A stretch of 64,000 bases of DNA from Planctomycetota bacterium. GTDB taxonomy: Bacteria; Planctomycetota; UBA1135; UBA2386. The notes below the pieces were generated by a model. The model worked only from the letters and a program-made list of their open reading frames with translations. It ran no database searches and was not told where the DNA came from. Both the position numbers and the translations under genes were made by a program. The stretch spans positions 67,828 to 131,827 of the forward strand of contig JAWKUN010000006.1 of NCBI GenBank assembly GCA_041398565.1, read 5' to 3'. Positions 51,614 through 61,942 of the stretch are shown piece by piece; the stretch's first letter is position 1, and each line of letters starts with the position of its first letter.

Positions 51614-52822
51614 ATGGCCACCAAGACCTTCGACGCCGCTGCCAACCTCCTCGCCCTCGAGAGCACCCACGCCGCCCACAACTACCACCCTCTGCCGGTG
51701 GTGCTCACCCGCGGCAAGGGCGCGTGGGTGTGGGACGTGAAGGACAAGCGCTACCTCGACTGCCTGGCGGCCTACTCCGCCGTCAACCAGGGGCACTGTC
51801 ACCCGCGCATCGTGGCGGCGCTGATCGAGCAGGCGCAGCGGCTGGCACTGACCTCGCGCGCCTTCCACAACGACCGCTTCGGTCCGTTCTGCAAGAAGCT
51901 GGCGGAGCTGGTCGGCTACGAGAAGGTGCTTCTGATGAACAGCGGCGCCGAGGCCGTGGAGACCGGGCTCAAGGCGGCGCGCCGCTGGGGCTACCGCACG
52001 AAGGGCGTGCCGCAGGACCGGGCGGAGATCTTGGTGTTCGGCGGCAACTTCCACGGCCGCACGACCACGATCGTCAGCTTCTCCGACGACCCCGGGGCGC
52101 GCGCCGACTACGGGCCGTACACCCCCGGCTTCAAGACCGTGCCGTTCGGCGACCTGGCGGCGGCGCAGACCGCGGTCACCGACCACACCGTGGCGATCCT
52201 CGTCGAGCCGATCCAGGGCGAAGCTGGCGTGCTCATCCCGCCGGCCGACTTCCTGCCCGGCCTGCGCCGGCTGTGCGACGAGCGACGCGTGCTGCTCCTT
52301 TGCGACGAGATCCAATCGGGGCTCGGCCGCGCCGGCTCGATGCTCGCGCACCGCGACGCCGGCGTACGTGCCGACGGCGTGATGCTCGGCAAGGCGCTGT
52401 CGGGCGGCATGTACCCGGTGTCGGCCTTCGCCGCCGACGACGCCGTCATGTCGGTGTTCGAGCCGGGCTCGCACGGCTCCACCTACGGCGGCAATCCGCT
52501 GGCCTGCGCCGTCGCCGAGGCCGCCCTCGATGTGCTGATCGACGAGGACCTGTGCCGGCGCTCGCGCGAGCTGGGTGCCTACTTCGCCGACGGCCTGGCG
52601 CGGCTGGAGTCACCCAAGGTCAAGGAGGTGCGTGCCCGCGGTCTTTGGCTGGGCGTCGAACTGCTCTCGGGCGACGCCCGCCCCCTGTGCGAGGCCCTGA
52701 TGGCGGAAGGCATGTTGTGCAAGGACACGCACGGCCACACCATCCGCATCGCGCCGCCGCTGGTGATCGAGCGCAGCGAGATCGACTGGGCGCTCGCGCG
52801 GCTGGCGAACGTGCTGCGCTGA
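51614..52822 (+). CDS. rocD: Ornithine--oxo-acid aminotransferase
   Basis: AHNYHPLPVV, YSAVNQGHCHP, MNSGAEAVET, EPIQGEAGV, DEIQSGLGR, LGKALSGG and HGSTYGGNPLAC. Confidence 0.95.
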   Translation: MATKTFDAAANLLALESTHAAHNYHPLPVVLTRGKGAWVWDVKDKRYLDCLAAYSAVNQGHCHPRIVAALIEQAQRLALTSRAFHNDRFGPFCKKLAELVGYEKVLLMNSGAEAVETGLKAARRWGYRTKGVPQDRAEILVFGGNFHGRTTTIVSFSDDPGARADYGPYTPGFKTVPFGDLAAAQTAVTDHTVAILVEPIQGEAGVLIPPADFLPGLRRLCDERRVLLLCDEIQSGLGRAGSMLAHRDAGVRADGVMLGKALSGGMYPVSAFAADDAVMSVFEPGSHGSTYGGNPLACAVAEAALDVLIDEDLCRRSRELGAYFADGLARLESPKVKEVRARGLWLGVELLSGDARPLCEALMAEGMLCKDTHGHTIRIAPPLVIERSEIDWALARLANVLR

Positions 52823-52843
52823 GCTCGGGGCCGGGTCGCGTTC

Positions 52844-55800
52844 CTACGCGCCGGGGTCTCGCGACGGTCGCTGGCCGACGTCGAACACGAAGCGCTGGTA
52901 GAGCACCGAGATCGCGAGCAACGACAAGGCCAGTCCTGCCAACGACGCGACCCGATAGAGGTCGGTGAGTTCGCCGAGGTCGTGCAGGAAGACCTTGCCG
53001 ACCGACAGCAGGATCAGCACCAGGCTCACCCAGCGCAGGGCGGTGCTCTGCCGGCCGACGCCGATCACCAGCAAGACCAGGGCGTAGACGATCCACACCA
53101 CCGACGTCGTCAGGTCGCGCGCCGGGTGGCGGACGAAGGAGATCGCCACCGAATCGCCCTCGGCGAACGCGAGGGCGACGCCGACGTTGAGCCAGACGAA
53201 GACGATCCCCACGGCGTACAGACCGGTCAGCACGGCAGCGATCGGCTGGGCTTCCAGGCGGCGCAGGCGGGCGACCTCGAGGCGACCGAACACCTGCGCC
53301 ACGGCGAGCATTGCCACGGCGGCGACCGCATAGGCGTAGTTCACGCCGTTGAACAAGAGCGAGGTCGGCAGCGGCACGGCCGACGTCACCAACGGATGCG
53401 TGATGGCACCGGCCATCACGCCCAACGCGCACGCCAACGCGACGACCTTCAGGCCGAGGTGGTCGACGCCTGCCCAGAGCACCGCCACGAAGAGCATCTG
53501 CAAGGCCAGGCGGGGCATCCACGCGTGCGGGATGTCGGGCTGCGGCACCGCCGCGGCCCAGGCCAACACCGCGAAACCGCCGAGCCAGGCCAGAGCCGAG
53601 GTGCGGACGGGTTCGGCCTGCGGCCACAGGCCCCGCGCGCGCCACGCTGCCAGGCCGAGGACGCTGCCGACGGCAAACGCCAAGCGTTCGAACGCAACCG
53701 CGCCCCACACCGGCAACGCGTGCCAGAACGCCGTGGGCCAGAACAGCGGCGGTACCAGCGCGGCGGCGCGCCAGGCGCCCCGTTGCGCCAAGAACGGCCC
53801 CGACCACGCGACCGGCCAGAGACAGAACACCGCCAGACTCGCGAGTTGCAGCCAGACCGCGAGGTGTGCGTCGAGGTCGCGCGGCCAGTGCATCTGCACG
53901 AACGCCGCCAGCGCCGCCGCCAACGCCAGCCCGACGGCGCTGCCGAAACGGCTCGCTGCGACCGCCGCGACCGCGGCGAAAGCGACGACGAGGGCGTGGA
54001 ACGACCACACCCCGAGGTCGACCGCCACGACGCGCTGGCGCAGCACCAGCGCCAGCAGCAGCGGGAGTACCCACGCCCCCGCTTCGGCCCAGCGACGCAC
54101 CTTCACCTCGCGTCGTGTCGCGCCGAGCGCAACCACGACGACCGCCAGCGCCAAGCCGAGCGGAGCGAGCAGCCTCTGCGACACCGCCGTCGCTTCGCCC
54201 GCGTGCGCGTGCGCGTGCGTCGCCAGCACCAGACCGAGAAGCCCGGCCGACGCCGTCTGCGCCCACGCGCGCGGGCGGACGCCGCCGACGCCGCAGGCCA
54301 GCGCAGCGAGCGCCACGGCGCCACCCCACCACGGCCAAGGCGAGACCGCACCGGCGCGCGCACTGGCCGGCGCCAGGAGCACCATGCCGCCGAGCGTCGA
54401 CACCAAGACGCCGCCGCCCTGGCGCATCGCCACGCCGGGCACCGCCAGCGCCACCAGCGACAGCGCCGCTTCCCACGCGATCGGCGTGTCCATGGGCACG
54501 CGGCCGAGCCACGGCGCACACACGCCGAGCGCGGCCGCGCTGGCGGCGACGCCGAACAGCGGCTGGCCGGCGCGGCGCCCGAGCCAAACGAGGGCGCTCA
54601 CCAGGATCACCAGCATCACGACCACGGGCCACAGGTGCGGGCCCAGGTCGGCGCGCAGCCCCAGGTGCAATGCGAAGGCGAAAGGGAGGAACAGCGCTGC
54701 GGCCCGGGTGAGCAGGTTGCGCGCCCCGACCGCGAACAGCATCGCGAACGCCAGCAGGACGCCGAGCCCGAGCCCGAGGTGCGTCGGCGGCATGCGGGTA
54801 CCGATCCAGTGCGCCTGGAACGCCGCCGACGCCAGCAGGCTGACGGCACCGAGCCACGGCCAGCGATGCCGGCGCAACAAGATCAGCAGAGCAGCGTCGA
54901 GCAGCAGGAGGTAGCCGAACAAGCCGATCGGCTCGTCGGCGCTGCCGCGCACGAGCAACGGCGTGGCGAAGCCGCCGAGCAACGCCAGCGCCGCCAGGAA
55001 CATCGACGCGCGGCGGTGAGCAAGGACGCAGGCCAATACGGTCGTGGCCACCATCGCCACGATCGCCACCGGCATGTCGATGAAGCCGTAGAGCTCGCGC
55101 GCCGCCCAGGTCACGGCGCAGAAGGCAACGAGCGCCGCTCCCGCCAAGGCGTGTGCCACCCACGCGTAGCCGCGCCGCAACAGGAGGGTGGAGCCCAGCA
55201 AGCACAGGACGCCGGCGCTGCTGCCGAGCGTCAGGCGCATGCCCGGCGTCAGGTGCCCGTGTTCGACGGCGTAGCGGAACAAGAAGATGCTGGCGAGGGC
55301 CAGTGCGATCCCGCCGAGCACGGCCGCGCCACGCACGCCGAGCCAACGCTCCCAGTCTCTGGACGTGGTCGGCACGGAGGCGCCGGCGTCGCTCTCGCCG
55401 GCCACGGGGCGCGGCGGAGCGAGCGTCGCTCGCGGTGCAGGCTCGGGCTGCATCCAAGGAGGCGCGGGCGCGTCCGGGAGCGGCGCGAGGCCGTGCGCTG
55501 CCTGCGCCCGGTCGGCCTTCTCCCCTTCCACCCACACCACGTCCGCCTCCGCCGCGGCTTCCTCCTCCGGCGAAGCCGGCACCGTGGCACCGGCACGGTG
55601 CAAGTGCCGCCGGGCCACGGCATCGGACGTCGTCGCGCTCTCCGGCGACGCTTGCCCAGGCTGCGGATGGGTTCGCGCGGCGACGACCTCGCCGATGGCG
55701 GCGACGGTCGCCGACGGCGACCCGCGTCGCTCGAAGTCGGCGCGCTCGAGCGCGCGGAGCCGATGGCGCACCGACTGCAACTGACGCCCCAGTTCGGCAC

Positions 55801-55846
55801 AGCACCACAGCGCCACGACCGCCAGGACGCCGACGAGATAGACCAC
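52844..55846 (-). CDS. DUF2339 family membrane protein
   Basis: WERWLGVRGAAVLGG, LLGGFATPLL, KVFLHDLGEL...YRVASL; very many TM segments. Confidence 0.88.
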   Translation of the reverse strand: MVYLVGVLAVVALWCCAELGRQLQSVRHRLRALERADFERRGSPSATVAAIGEVVAARTHPQPGQASPESATTSDAVARRHLHRAGATVPASPEEEAAAEADVVWVEGEKADRAQAAHGLAPLPDAPAPPWMQPEPAPRATLAPPRPVAGESDAGASVPTTSRDWERWLGVRGAAVLGGIALALASIFLFRYAVEHGHLTPGMRLTLGSSAGVLCLLGSTLLLRRGYAWVAHALAGAALVAFCAVTWAARELYGFIDMPVAIVAMVATTVLACVLAHRRASMFLAALALLGGFATPLLVRGSADEPIGLFGYLLLLDAALLILLRRHRWPWLGAVSLLASAAFQAHWIGTRMPPTHLGLGLGVLLAFAMLFAVGARNLLTRAAALFLPFAFALHLGLRADLGPHLWPVVVMLVILVSALVWLGRRAGQPLFGVAASAAALGVCAPWLGRVPMDTPIAWEAALSLVALAVPGVAMRQGGGVLVSTLGGMVLLAPASARAGAVSPWPWWGGAVALAALACGVGGVRPRAWAQTASAGLLGLVLATHAHAHAGEATAVSQRLLAPLGLALAVVVVALGATRREVKVRRWAEAGAWVLPLLLALVLRQRVVAVDLGVWSFHALVVAFAAVAAVAASRFGSAVGLALAAALAAFVQMHWPRDLDAHLAVWLQLASLAVFCLWPVAWSGPFLAQRGAWRAAALVPPLFWPTAFWHALPVWGAVAFERLAFAVGSVLGLAAWRARGLWPQAEPVRTSALAWLGGFAVLAWAAAVPQPDIPHAWMPRLALQMLFVAVLWAGVDHLGLKVVALACALGVMAGAITHPLVTSAVPLPTSLLFNGVNYAYAVAAVAMLAVAQVFGRLEVARLRRLEAQPIAAVLTGLYAVGIVFVWLNVGVALAFAEGDSVAISFVRHPARDLTTSVVWIVYALVLLVIGVGRQSTALRWVSLVLILLSVGKVFLHDLGELTDLYRVASLAGLALSLLAISVLYQRFVFDVGQRPSRDPGA

Positions 55847-55886
55847 CGGAACCGATGCTACCCGCGCCGGCGCCCGCCGCGCGCGG

Positions 55887-58121
55887 TCAGCGACCGCGGC
55901 GGCCGCGGCGGCCTCGACCTCCGCCGGCCGGCGGAGCCTCGCGCTCGTAGGCGGGCAGCTCGAGCAGCTCGGGGTCGAGCTTGCCGAGCGCCGCCTCCAG
56001 CTGGCCGGCCATGTCGTCCTGCTTCTGCTCCTTCAAGCGAGCCAGAAGCATCTTGGCGGTGTCCACCGCCGACAGGTTGAGTCCGTCGAGTGTCGCCGCC
56101 GACGCGGGCCGACGCTCGAACGACGCCAGCACCTCGGCCAGGGCGCGGGCGTCGTCCTTCGCCTCGTAGGCGACGCGCGCGCATCCGCCGTGCGCCATCG
56201 CGACGTAGTGATCGGCCGAGTCGCGACGCTCGGGGCTCTGCTCGACGAAGCGCTCGAAGTGGGCGATGCCGCGCGCATAGGACGCGATTGCGTCGTCGCT
56301 GTCGCCGCGCCGGCGCTGGAACTCGGCCGCCACCAGCGCGGCGTAGCCGGCGAACCAGCTCAGATCGGCCGGCGCCTCCGGCTTGGCCAGCAAGCTCGCG
56401 TACACCGTCGCCAGGCCATCGACGCCCTTGTCGTGCAGGGTCTTGGCGCGGAGGCGTTCGTGCACCTGCCACGAGCCGGGAAAGCGCGTCAAGCCGACGT
56501 CGAGGACGCGGTCGGCCTGGCCGCGCGCGCCCAACCAGCGGAGGAAGTCGTAGTGGTCGACGACGTGCTGGTCGGTGCCGAGCGGGTGCTTGGCCAGCAC
56601 CGCGTAGGCGGCGTGCACGTCGGCCATCCACTGCTGCGGCCAGTCCTTCTTGTCGACGATGGCGCGCGTGATCGCCTTCTGCCGGGCGTGCGCGAACAGC
56701 TGCAGCACCATCATCGAGTGCCAGCTCTGGGCATCGGGCGGCATGCTCTTGACCGCCTTTTCGGCCCGCGCGTAGGCCTCCGTCTCGTCGCCGAGTTCGT
56801 GCGCGGCGAGCGCCAGCGCGGTGTCCACCCGCCAGCCGCTGGCGCCGAGCGTCTCGGCCTCGAGGGCGGTGCGCCGCGCATCCTCGAACATGAGCCGCGC
56901 GAAGCGGCGGCCGTTGCGCAGGTCGGCACTCAGCGCCGCACGCGTCGCCGGATCGGCGGCGTGCGCCAAGGTCGCCTCGGCGAGCTGCAGGTGCACCTCC
57001 GGGTCGGCGGGCTTGACCTGGGCTTCGGCCGACTTCGCGTCCAACCGTGCCTCGAGCTCGCTGCGGCCAGGCGCCGGCGCATAGGTGGCGCCACCACCGG
57101 CGTCGTCGAACGCCTTGGCCCACCGCTCGACGTCGACGCTGGCCTTGCGCACCCCCAGGCCGCCGTGCACGGCCGCCAGCGTCCGCGCCTTCGGCGACAC
57201 CTCGCCGAGCCGGCCCAGTGCACCCACCAAGGCCTCGCGCTCGGTCGCCGGCATCGGCACGCGCAGCGCCTCGGCGATCAGATCGACGGCCGCCGGCGAC
57301 GACGTGTTGGCCAGGGCCTGGCGCGCCTGCAGGCTCTGGGCCTGATCGAGCCCGAACAGAGCCAGGCGCAGGAGGTCGACGGGCGCGTCCTGGCCAGCCG
57401 CCTGTGCGGCCTGCAGCAGCGACTGCCTCACCGTCGCGTCGCCCTGCTGGTAGGCCTGCTCGACGGCGACCTTGTCGTTGCTGTCGGGGCTGGTGACGCG
57501 CTCGAGCAGCGAGCGGTCGCCGCGCACCACCGGCGACGGGGCTTGGCGGTTGGCGATGCCGTCGCCGATCGCCTTGAACACCGACGCCGTGTCGTTGGCG
57601 TAGTAGACGTCGTAGCTCTCCGATCCGTCCAGCTCGACCATGATGTGGCGCGGCGCGATGCGGCGGCCGTCCATGAACTTCTCGAACAGGATCGGCTCGA
57701 TGGCGATGTGTTCGGCGCAGGTGACGCCGCCGAAGCGCGGACACGGGATGCGGTGACCCTGCTCGTCGTAGTCGCGCGGGTTGTGCCGGTACACCGACGC
57801 GATCACGCACACGTAGGGCTCGTAGAGCTTGGCGATCTCCGGCATGCGGTAGCGCACACCGGCGTAGTGCTCGCTGGCGATCTCCCCGTCCATGTTGATG
57901 CACACGAGGATCGGCTTGCCGGTCTCCTTGGCGAGCGCCACGGCGTCGTCCCAAGTGCGCTGCCATTGGATGAGCACCGGCTTCTTCCAGTCCTCGGCCG
58001 TGGGGGCATACCACATGGCCTCGCGGCTGCCGGGTGCGGGTGCACCGGGTTGTTGCGCAGCGACACAGACTGCGAGGACGAGAGAAGCAGCAGCAGGGAG
58101 GGTTTGACGGCAGACGTTCAT
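55887..58121 (-). CDS. Secreted protein with a thioredoxin-like N-terminal domain and helical (HEAT/TPR-like) repeats
   Basis: Signal peptide; IQWQRTWDDAVALAKETGKPILVCIN (Thioredoxin_7-like start, no CxxC); helical repeats follow. Confidence 0.75.
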   Translation of the reverse strand: MNVCRQTLPAAASLVLAVCVAAQQPGAPAPGSREAMWYAPTAEDWKKPVLIQWQRTWDDAVALAKETGKPILVCINMDGEIASEHYAGVRYRMPEIAKLYEPYVCVIASVYRHNPRDYDEQGHRIPCPRFGGVTCAEHIAIEPILFEKFMDGRRIAPRHIMVELDGSESYDVYYANDTASVFKAIGDGIANRQAPSPVVRGDRSLLERVTSPDSNDKVAVEQAYQQGDATVRQSLLQAAQAAGQDAPVDLLRLALFGLDQAQSLQARQALANTSSPAAVDLIAEALRVPMPATEREALVGALGRLGEVSPKARTLAAVHGGLGVRKASVDVERWAKAFDDAGGGATYAPAPGRSELEARLDAKSAEAQVKPADPEVHLQLAEATLAHAADPATRAALSADLRNGRRFARLMFEDARRTALEAETLGASGWRVDTALALAAHELGDETEAYARAEKAVKSMPPDAQSWHSMMVLQLFAHARQKAITRAIVDKKDWPQQWMADVHAAYAVLAKHPLGTDQHVVDHYDFLRWLGARGQADRVLDVGLTRFPGSWQVHERLRAKTLHDKGVDGLATVYASLLAKPEAPADLSWFAGYAALVAAEFQRRRGDSDDAIASYARGIAHFERFVEQSPERRDSADHYVAMAHGGCARVAYEAKDDARALAEVLASFERRPASAATLDGLNLSAVDTAKMLLARLKEQKQDDMAGQLEAALGKLDPELLELPAYEREAPPAGGGRGRRGRRGR

Positions 58122-58361
58122 GATCGACGAATTCGGCGCGAGCGTATCGTTGTCGACGGACGGTGGCGACCGGGCACGAGTCCGAGGTTACGCGCGGCGC
58201 CATCGCACCGCCGCGACAACCGTGCCCGTTCGAAACGGGTACTGCCCGGCGGCCGCGTGCGGCCGGGGAATGGCGGCCGAGCCCGCCGGGGCGCCCGTTA
58301 CAGTGCGCCGCCCACGCCCGCGCCGCCACATGCCCTTCCGCCCCGACCCCGCCGCCAGCCG

Positions 58362-59288
58362 GTGACCGTTCCCGAAGAACGCGTCACCGACGAGGAGCTG
58401 GCCGAGCTCCTGGCCGAAGTGCGGCGCATCGAGGTGCAGAGCCGCCGCCTGGTCTCCGGCGCGCTGGCGGGCGGCTACACGTCGGTGTTCCGCGGGGCAG
58501 GCATCGAGTTCGACGAGGTGCGCGAGTTCGCGCCCGGCGACGATCCACGCAGCGTCGACTGGAACGTGACCGCCAAGATGGGGCGACCCTTCGTCAAGAA
58601 GTACGTCGACGAGCGCGAGCTGACCCTGGTCTTCCTGCTCGACCTGTCGCCGTCGATGACGGGCGGCTTCGGTGCGTGGTCGCCACGGCAGATGGCGGCC
58701 CGCGTGTGCGGCTGCTTGGCGCTGTCGGCCGTGCGCCACAACGACAAGATCGGTCTGGTCGCGTTCGACGACTCCGTGCGCAAGTTCGTGCCGCCCAAGA
58801 AGGGGCTCGGCCACGCCCTGCGCATCGTGCGCGACTGCCTGGCGCTGCCGCCGGCGTCGGCGCGCACGCAGCTGGCGCCGGCGCTCGACTTCGTCGGCCA
58901 CGTGGTGCGGCGACGCGCCGTGGTGTTCCTGGTCTCGGACTTCCTGGCGAGCGGCTACGCCCGTTCGTTGAGTCTCTGCGCGCGTCGTCACGACGTCGTG
59001 GCGATGCGCTTGCAACCGGCCGAGATGGCGCCGCCGGTGGACGGCTTGATGGTGCTGCGCGATCCCGAGGGCGGGACGCGGCAAGTCGTCGACTGGTCGC
59101 ACGCCGCCACGCGGGACGCCTTCCGGGCGCGGGTGGCGCGCTGGCGCGACGAGCACGCCGCGGCGCTGGCGCGGGCGCGGGTCGACCTCATGGACGTGCC
59201 GGTCCCGTTCGCGGCGGACAGGGATGCGGTGGCGCGGCCGCTGCTGACCTTCTTCCGCATGCGCGAGCTGCGCGGGAGCAAACGATGA
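58362..59288 (+). CDS. DUF58 protein (MoxR/Bat cluster)
   Basis: SVFRGAGIEFDEVREFAPGDDPRSVDWNVTAK, DLSPSM and FLVSDF. Confidence 0.93.
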   Translation: MTVPEERVTDEELAELLAEVRRIEVQSRRLVSGALAGGYTSVFRGAGIEFDEVREFAPGDDPRSVDWNVTAKMGRPFVKKYVDERELTLVFLLDLSPSMTGGFGAWSPRQMAARVCGCLALSAVRHNDKIGLVAFDDSVRKFVPPKKGLGHALRIVRDCLALPPASARTQLAPALDFVGHVVRRRAVVFLVSDFLASGYARSLSLCARRHDVVAMRLQPAEMAPPVDGLMVLRDPEGGTRQVVDWSHAATRDAFRARVARWRDEHAAALARARVDLMDVPVPFAADRDAVARPLLTFFRMRELRGSKR

Positions 59289-60193
59289 GACGGCGGCGCC
59301 GGCGCGCGCTGGCGGCGACGTGTCTGGCGATGGCAGGCACGGCGTGCGCACCGCCGGCGCCGATCGGCGGCGACGTGCCGAGCCTGCAGGTGGTGGCCGA
59401 AGGCGACAGCGTCGAGTTCGGCGTGGCGTTCCCGCTCGTGGTGGTGCGCCGCTGGACCGACGGCAGCGCGGTGCGCGCCTTCGACGCCGCCGGCCTGGCG
59501 CCCCTGAGCGTCGAGCTCGTCTCGAGCTCCCGACGCGACGACGGAATGCGCGTCGAAGAGACGCTGCGCTTGCGGGCCCGCGCCTTCGTGCGCGACTCGG
59601 TGACACTGGCGCCGTCGTTCGAGGTGCGCATGCCCGACGGCAGCACGCGCGAAGTCGCCGCTCCGCCGACGACGCTTCGCGTGCGCTCGGCGCTGGGGTC
59701 GAGCCACGGCGCCGAGGTCGAGCTCCCGGGCGATCTCCTGCTCGAGCCGACGCGCCGCATGCCTTGGCTCCTGGCAGCTGGCGTGGCCATCGCCGGCCTC
59801 GGCGTCTGGTTCGCGCGCCGCCGGAGGACTCCGGTCGAGAGCCCACCAGCGCCGCCGCCGGTGCCGGCGACCGACCACCGTGCCGAAGCACTGGCGCAGC
59901 TGCGGATGCTGCGCCAGCAGCCACTGGCGAGCGACGAGGAGGTCCGCGGCGTCTACGTCGCAGCGACGGCGATCCTGCGCGCAGACCTCGTCATCCGCGG
60001 CGGCATCGCGGCGCACGAGATGACCAGCGACGAGATCCTGGCCGTGCGCAAGCCTGCCCCGCACCTGGCGCGCGTTCTACGCGCCGCCGACTTGGTCAAG
60101 TTCGCCCGCCACACCCCCACCGCCGGCCAGGCCCGCGCCATGCTCGACGACGCCGAAGCCAGCCTGGCGCCGAACCAACAGAGTGGAGTCTGA
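59285..60193 (+). CDS. Bat-cluster membrane-anchored protein (BatD/DUF4381-like)
   Basis: Overlaps the DUF58 stop; lipobox-like GTAC; TM segment; C-terminal AHEMTSDEI...ADLVKFAR motif typical of this position in Bat operons. Confidence 0.8.
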   Translation: MRRRRRRALAATCLAMAGTACAPPAPIGGDVPSLQVVAEGDSVEFGVAFPLVVVRRWTDGSAVRAFDAAGLAPLSVELVSSSRRDDGMRVEETLRLRARAFVRDSVTLAPSFEVRMPDGSTREVAAPPTTLRVRSALGSSHGAEVELPGDLLLEPTRRMPWLLAAGVAIAGLGVWFARRRRTPVESPPAPPPVPATDHRAEALAQLRMLRQQPLASDEEVRGVYVAATAILRADLVIRGGIAAHEMTSDEILAVRKPAPHLARVLRAADLVKFARHTPTAGQARAMLDDAEASLAPNQQSGV

Positions 60194-60207
60194 CACCAAC
60201 CTGCGGG

Positions 60208-61731
60208 TCAGCGGAACTCGCTCATGAAGGTCTTCTCGAAGCTGCCGTCCGACTGGCGCCAGATGACGATGTAGGCGCCGTCGCCGTCGACGGCGATGGC
60301 CGGCTCCGAGGTCGCGGTCGCTCCGGGGCTGATGTGGTCGGCCAGGGAGGCGGCGTGCTGCCAGGCGCCGTCGCGGTACTCGCTGAGGTACATCGACCAG
60401 ATCATGGTGGCGTCGGCCGCGGTGTAGGCGACGACGGCGTGGCCGCTGGGATCCATGGCCAGGACGAAATCACGCACCAGCTGGCCGACCGCGAAGTGGT
60501 CGGCGAGGCCGGACGGGTGCGTCCACGTGCCACCACGGTACTCGCTCTTGAACATGCTGGAACCGGTCGCGCTCACGTCCTGACTCCAGACGATCACCGC
60601 GTCGCCGCCGGCCATGGCCACGTCGACCGCGTGCGCCGAGCGTCCGTCGGGACTGATGTTGTCGCTGACCGACGACGGGTGCGTCCAGACTCCATTGCGC
60701 AGCTCGGACTTGAACACCTGCACGAACGAGCCGTCGCTCTGCACCCAAGCGATCACCGCGTCACCGCGGGCATCGAACGCGACCTTGGGCTTGTAGGCGT
60801 CGGTGCCGGCCGGGCTGATGTTGTCGGTGAGGCCACTCGGGTAGGTCCACACGCCGTTGCGACGCTCGCTCTTGAAGATGCGGTAGTGCTGCCCGTCGGC
60901 CTGCGCCCACACCACGACGACGTGCCCGTTGGGCCCGACCGCGATGTGCACGTCCTGCGCGTGCGTCTGCAGCGAACTCATGCAGTCGGTCGGCCCGCTG
61001 GGATTGGTCCAGACGCCGTTGTGCCACTCGCTCTTGAAGATCGACCCGCCGTTCGTGGTGAACTCCTCCCACACCACGACCGCATCGCCGGCCGGATCGA
61101 AGCGCACCCAAGGCTGCTGCGCGCCGCCCGCCAGCGGACTGATGTGGTCGGCATGCGTGGCCGGGTCGGTCCACGCGCCGTTGCTGTAGACGCTGGCGTA
61201 GATGCGGTCGATGGAGTTGCTGGTGATGTCGCGCTGCACCCACGTCATGATCGTGGTGCCGTCGGGACGGATCGCCATGCGCGGCGAGAAGACGCTGCCG
61301 CCGGCCATGTTGTGCGGCAGGGTCACGTAGCGGACCGGGTGGTTCCAGACAGCGTTGCGCCGCTCGCTGGCGAACACGCGCGAGCCGTATTCGACGGCGA
61401 TGATGGCGTCGCCGTTGGCGCCGGCAGCCACCGACCCGCTGCACGAGTCGTTGCCGTCCATGCTGATGGTGTCGGCAAGGGTCTGTGGGTGGTGCCACTC
61501 CGGCTCGACGGGCACGGGCGGCACCGGCACCGGCGTCGGGCCGGCGGTGGGCTGCCCGCCACCACCGCCCGGACCGCCGGCCGGGGCCGGCACGTCGCCG
61601 CGGCGCCCGCTGCCCCCACACGAGAGCAGCGTCGCCAGGGCGCAGCCCGCGGCCCAGTGAGCAACGAGGCGACGGCTCGACGAGGCGATCGGTGGCAGGG
61701 GAGACGAAGCAGCCGTTGGGTGCGGATTCAT
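60208..61731 (-). CDS. Lipoprotein with eight ~55-aa repeats (probable beta-propeller)
   Basis: Lipobox LLSC; Pro/Gly linker; repeats WxHPxxLxDxISPxG...GDAVIVWxQxDG...FKSExRNG. Confidence 0.85.
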   Translation of the reverse strand: MNPHPTAASSPLPPIASSSRRLVAHWAAGCALATLLSCGGSGRRGDVPAPAGGPGGGGGQPTAGPTPVPVPPVPVEPEWHHPQTLADTISMDGNDSCSGSVAAGANGDAIIAVEYGSRVFASERRNAVWNHPVRYVTLPHNMAGGSVFSPRMAIRPDGTTIMTWVQRDITSNSIDRIYASVYSNGAWTDPATHADHISPLAGGAQQPWVRFDPAGDAVVVWEEFTTNGGSIFKSEWHNGVWTNPSGPTDCMSSLQTHAQDVHIAVGPNGHVVVVWAQADGQHYRIFKSERRNGVWTYPSGLTDNISPAGTDAYKPKVAFDARGDAVIAWVQSDGSFVQVFKSELRNGVWTHPSSVSDNISPDGRSAHAVDVAMAGGDAVIVWSQDVSATGSSMFKSEYRGGTWTHPSGLADHFAVGQLVRDFVLAMDPSGHAVVAYTAADATMIWSMYLSEYRDGAWQHAASLADHISPGATATSEPAIAVDGDGAYIVIWRQSDGSFEKTFMSEFR

Positions 61732-61942
61732 GGGGAGGAGTGGCGAGGGCGGAGCCCCACAAGCCTACCAGCCACGCCGTCTCACCCCGCAACTTGTCGA
61801 GGCGGTTGCCGCGTCGGCTCAGGAACGAACGACAATCCTGGGGTCGTGGGCCAAGGTGCCGACTCCTCGGCCCCTACGCAGTCGACATGACCTGCGCGGG
61901 CCCCAGCGCTACCCTCAGCGCGCGCCGCAGGCACCCGACGAC

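Noticed and set aside
60208..61500. Periodic DNA similarity suggesting a CRISPR-like or tandem DNA array
   Set aside because: It is explained by ~55-aa protein repeats with synonymous variation. There are no identical direct repeats with unique spacers and no cas genes.
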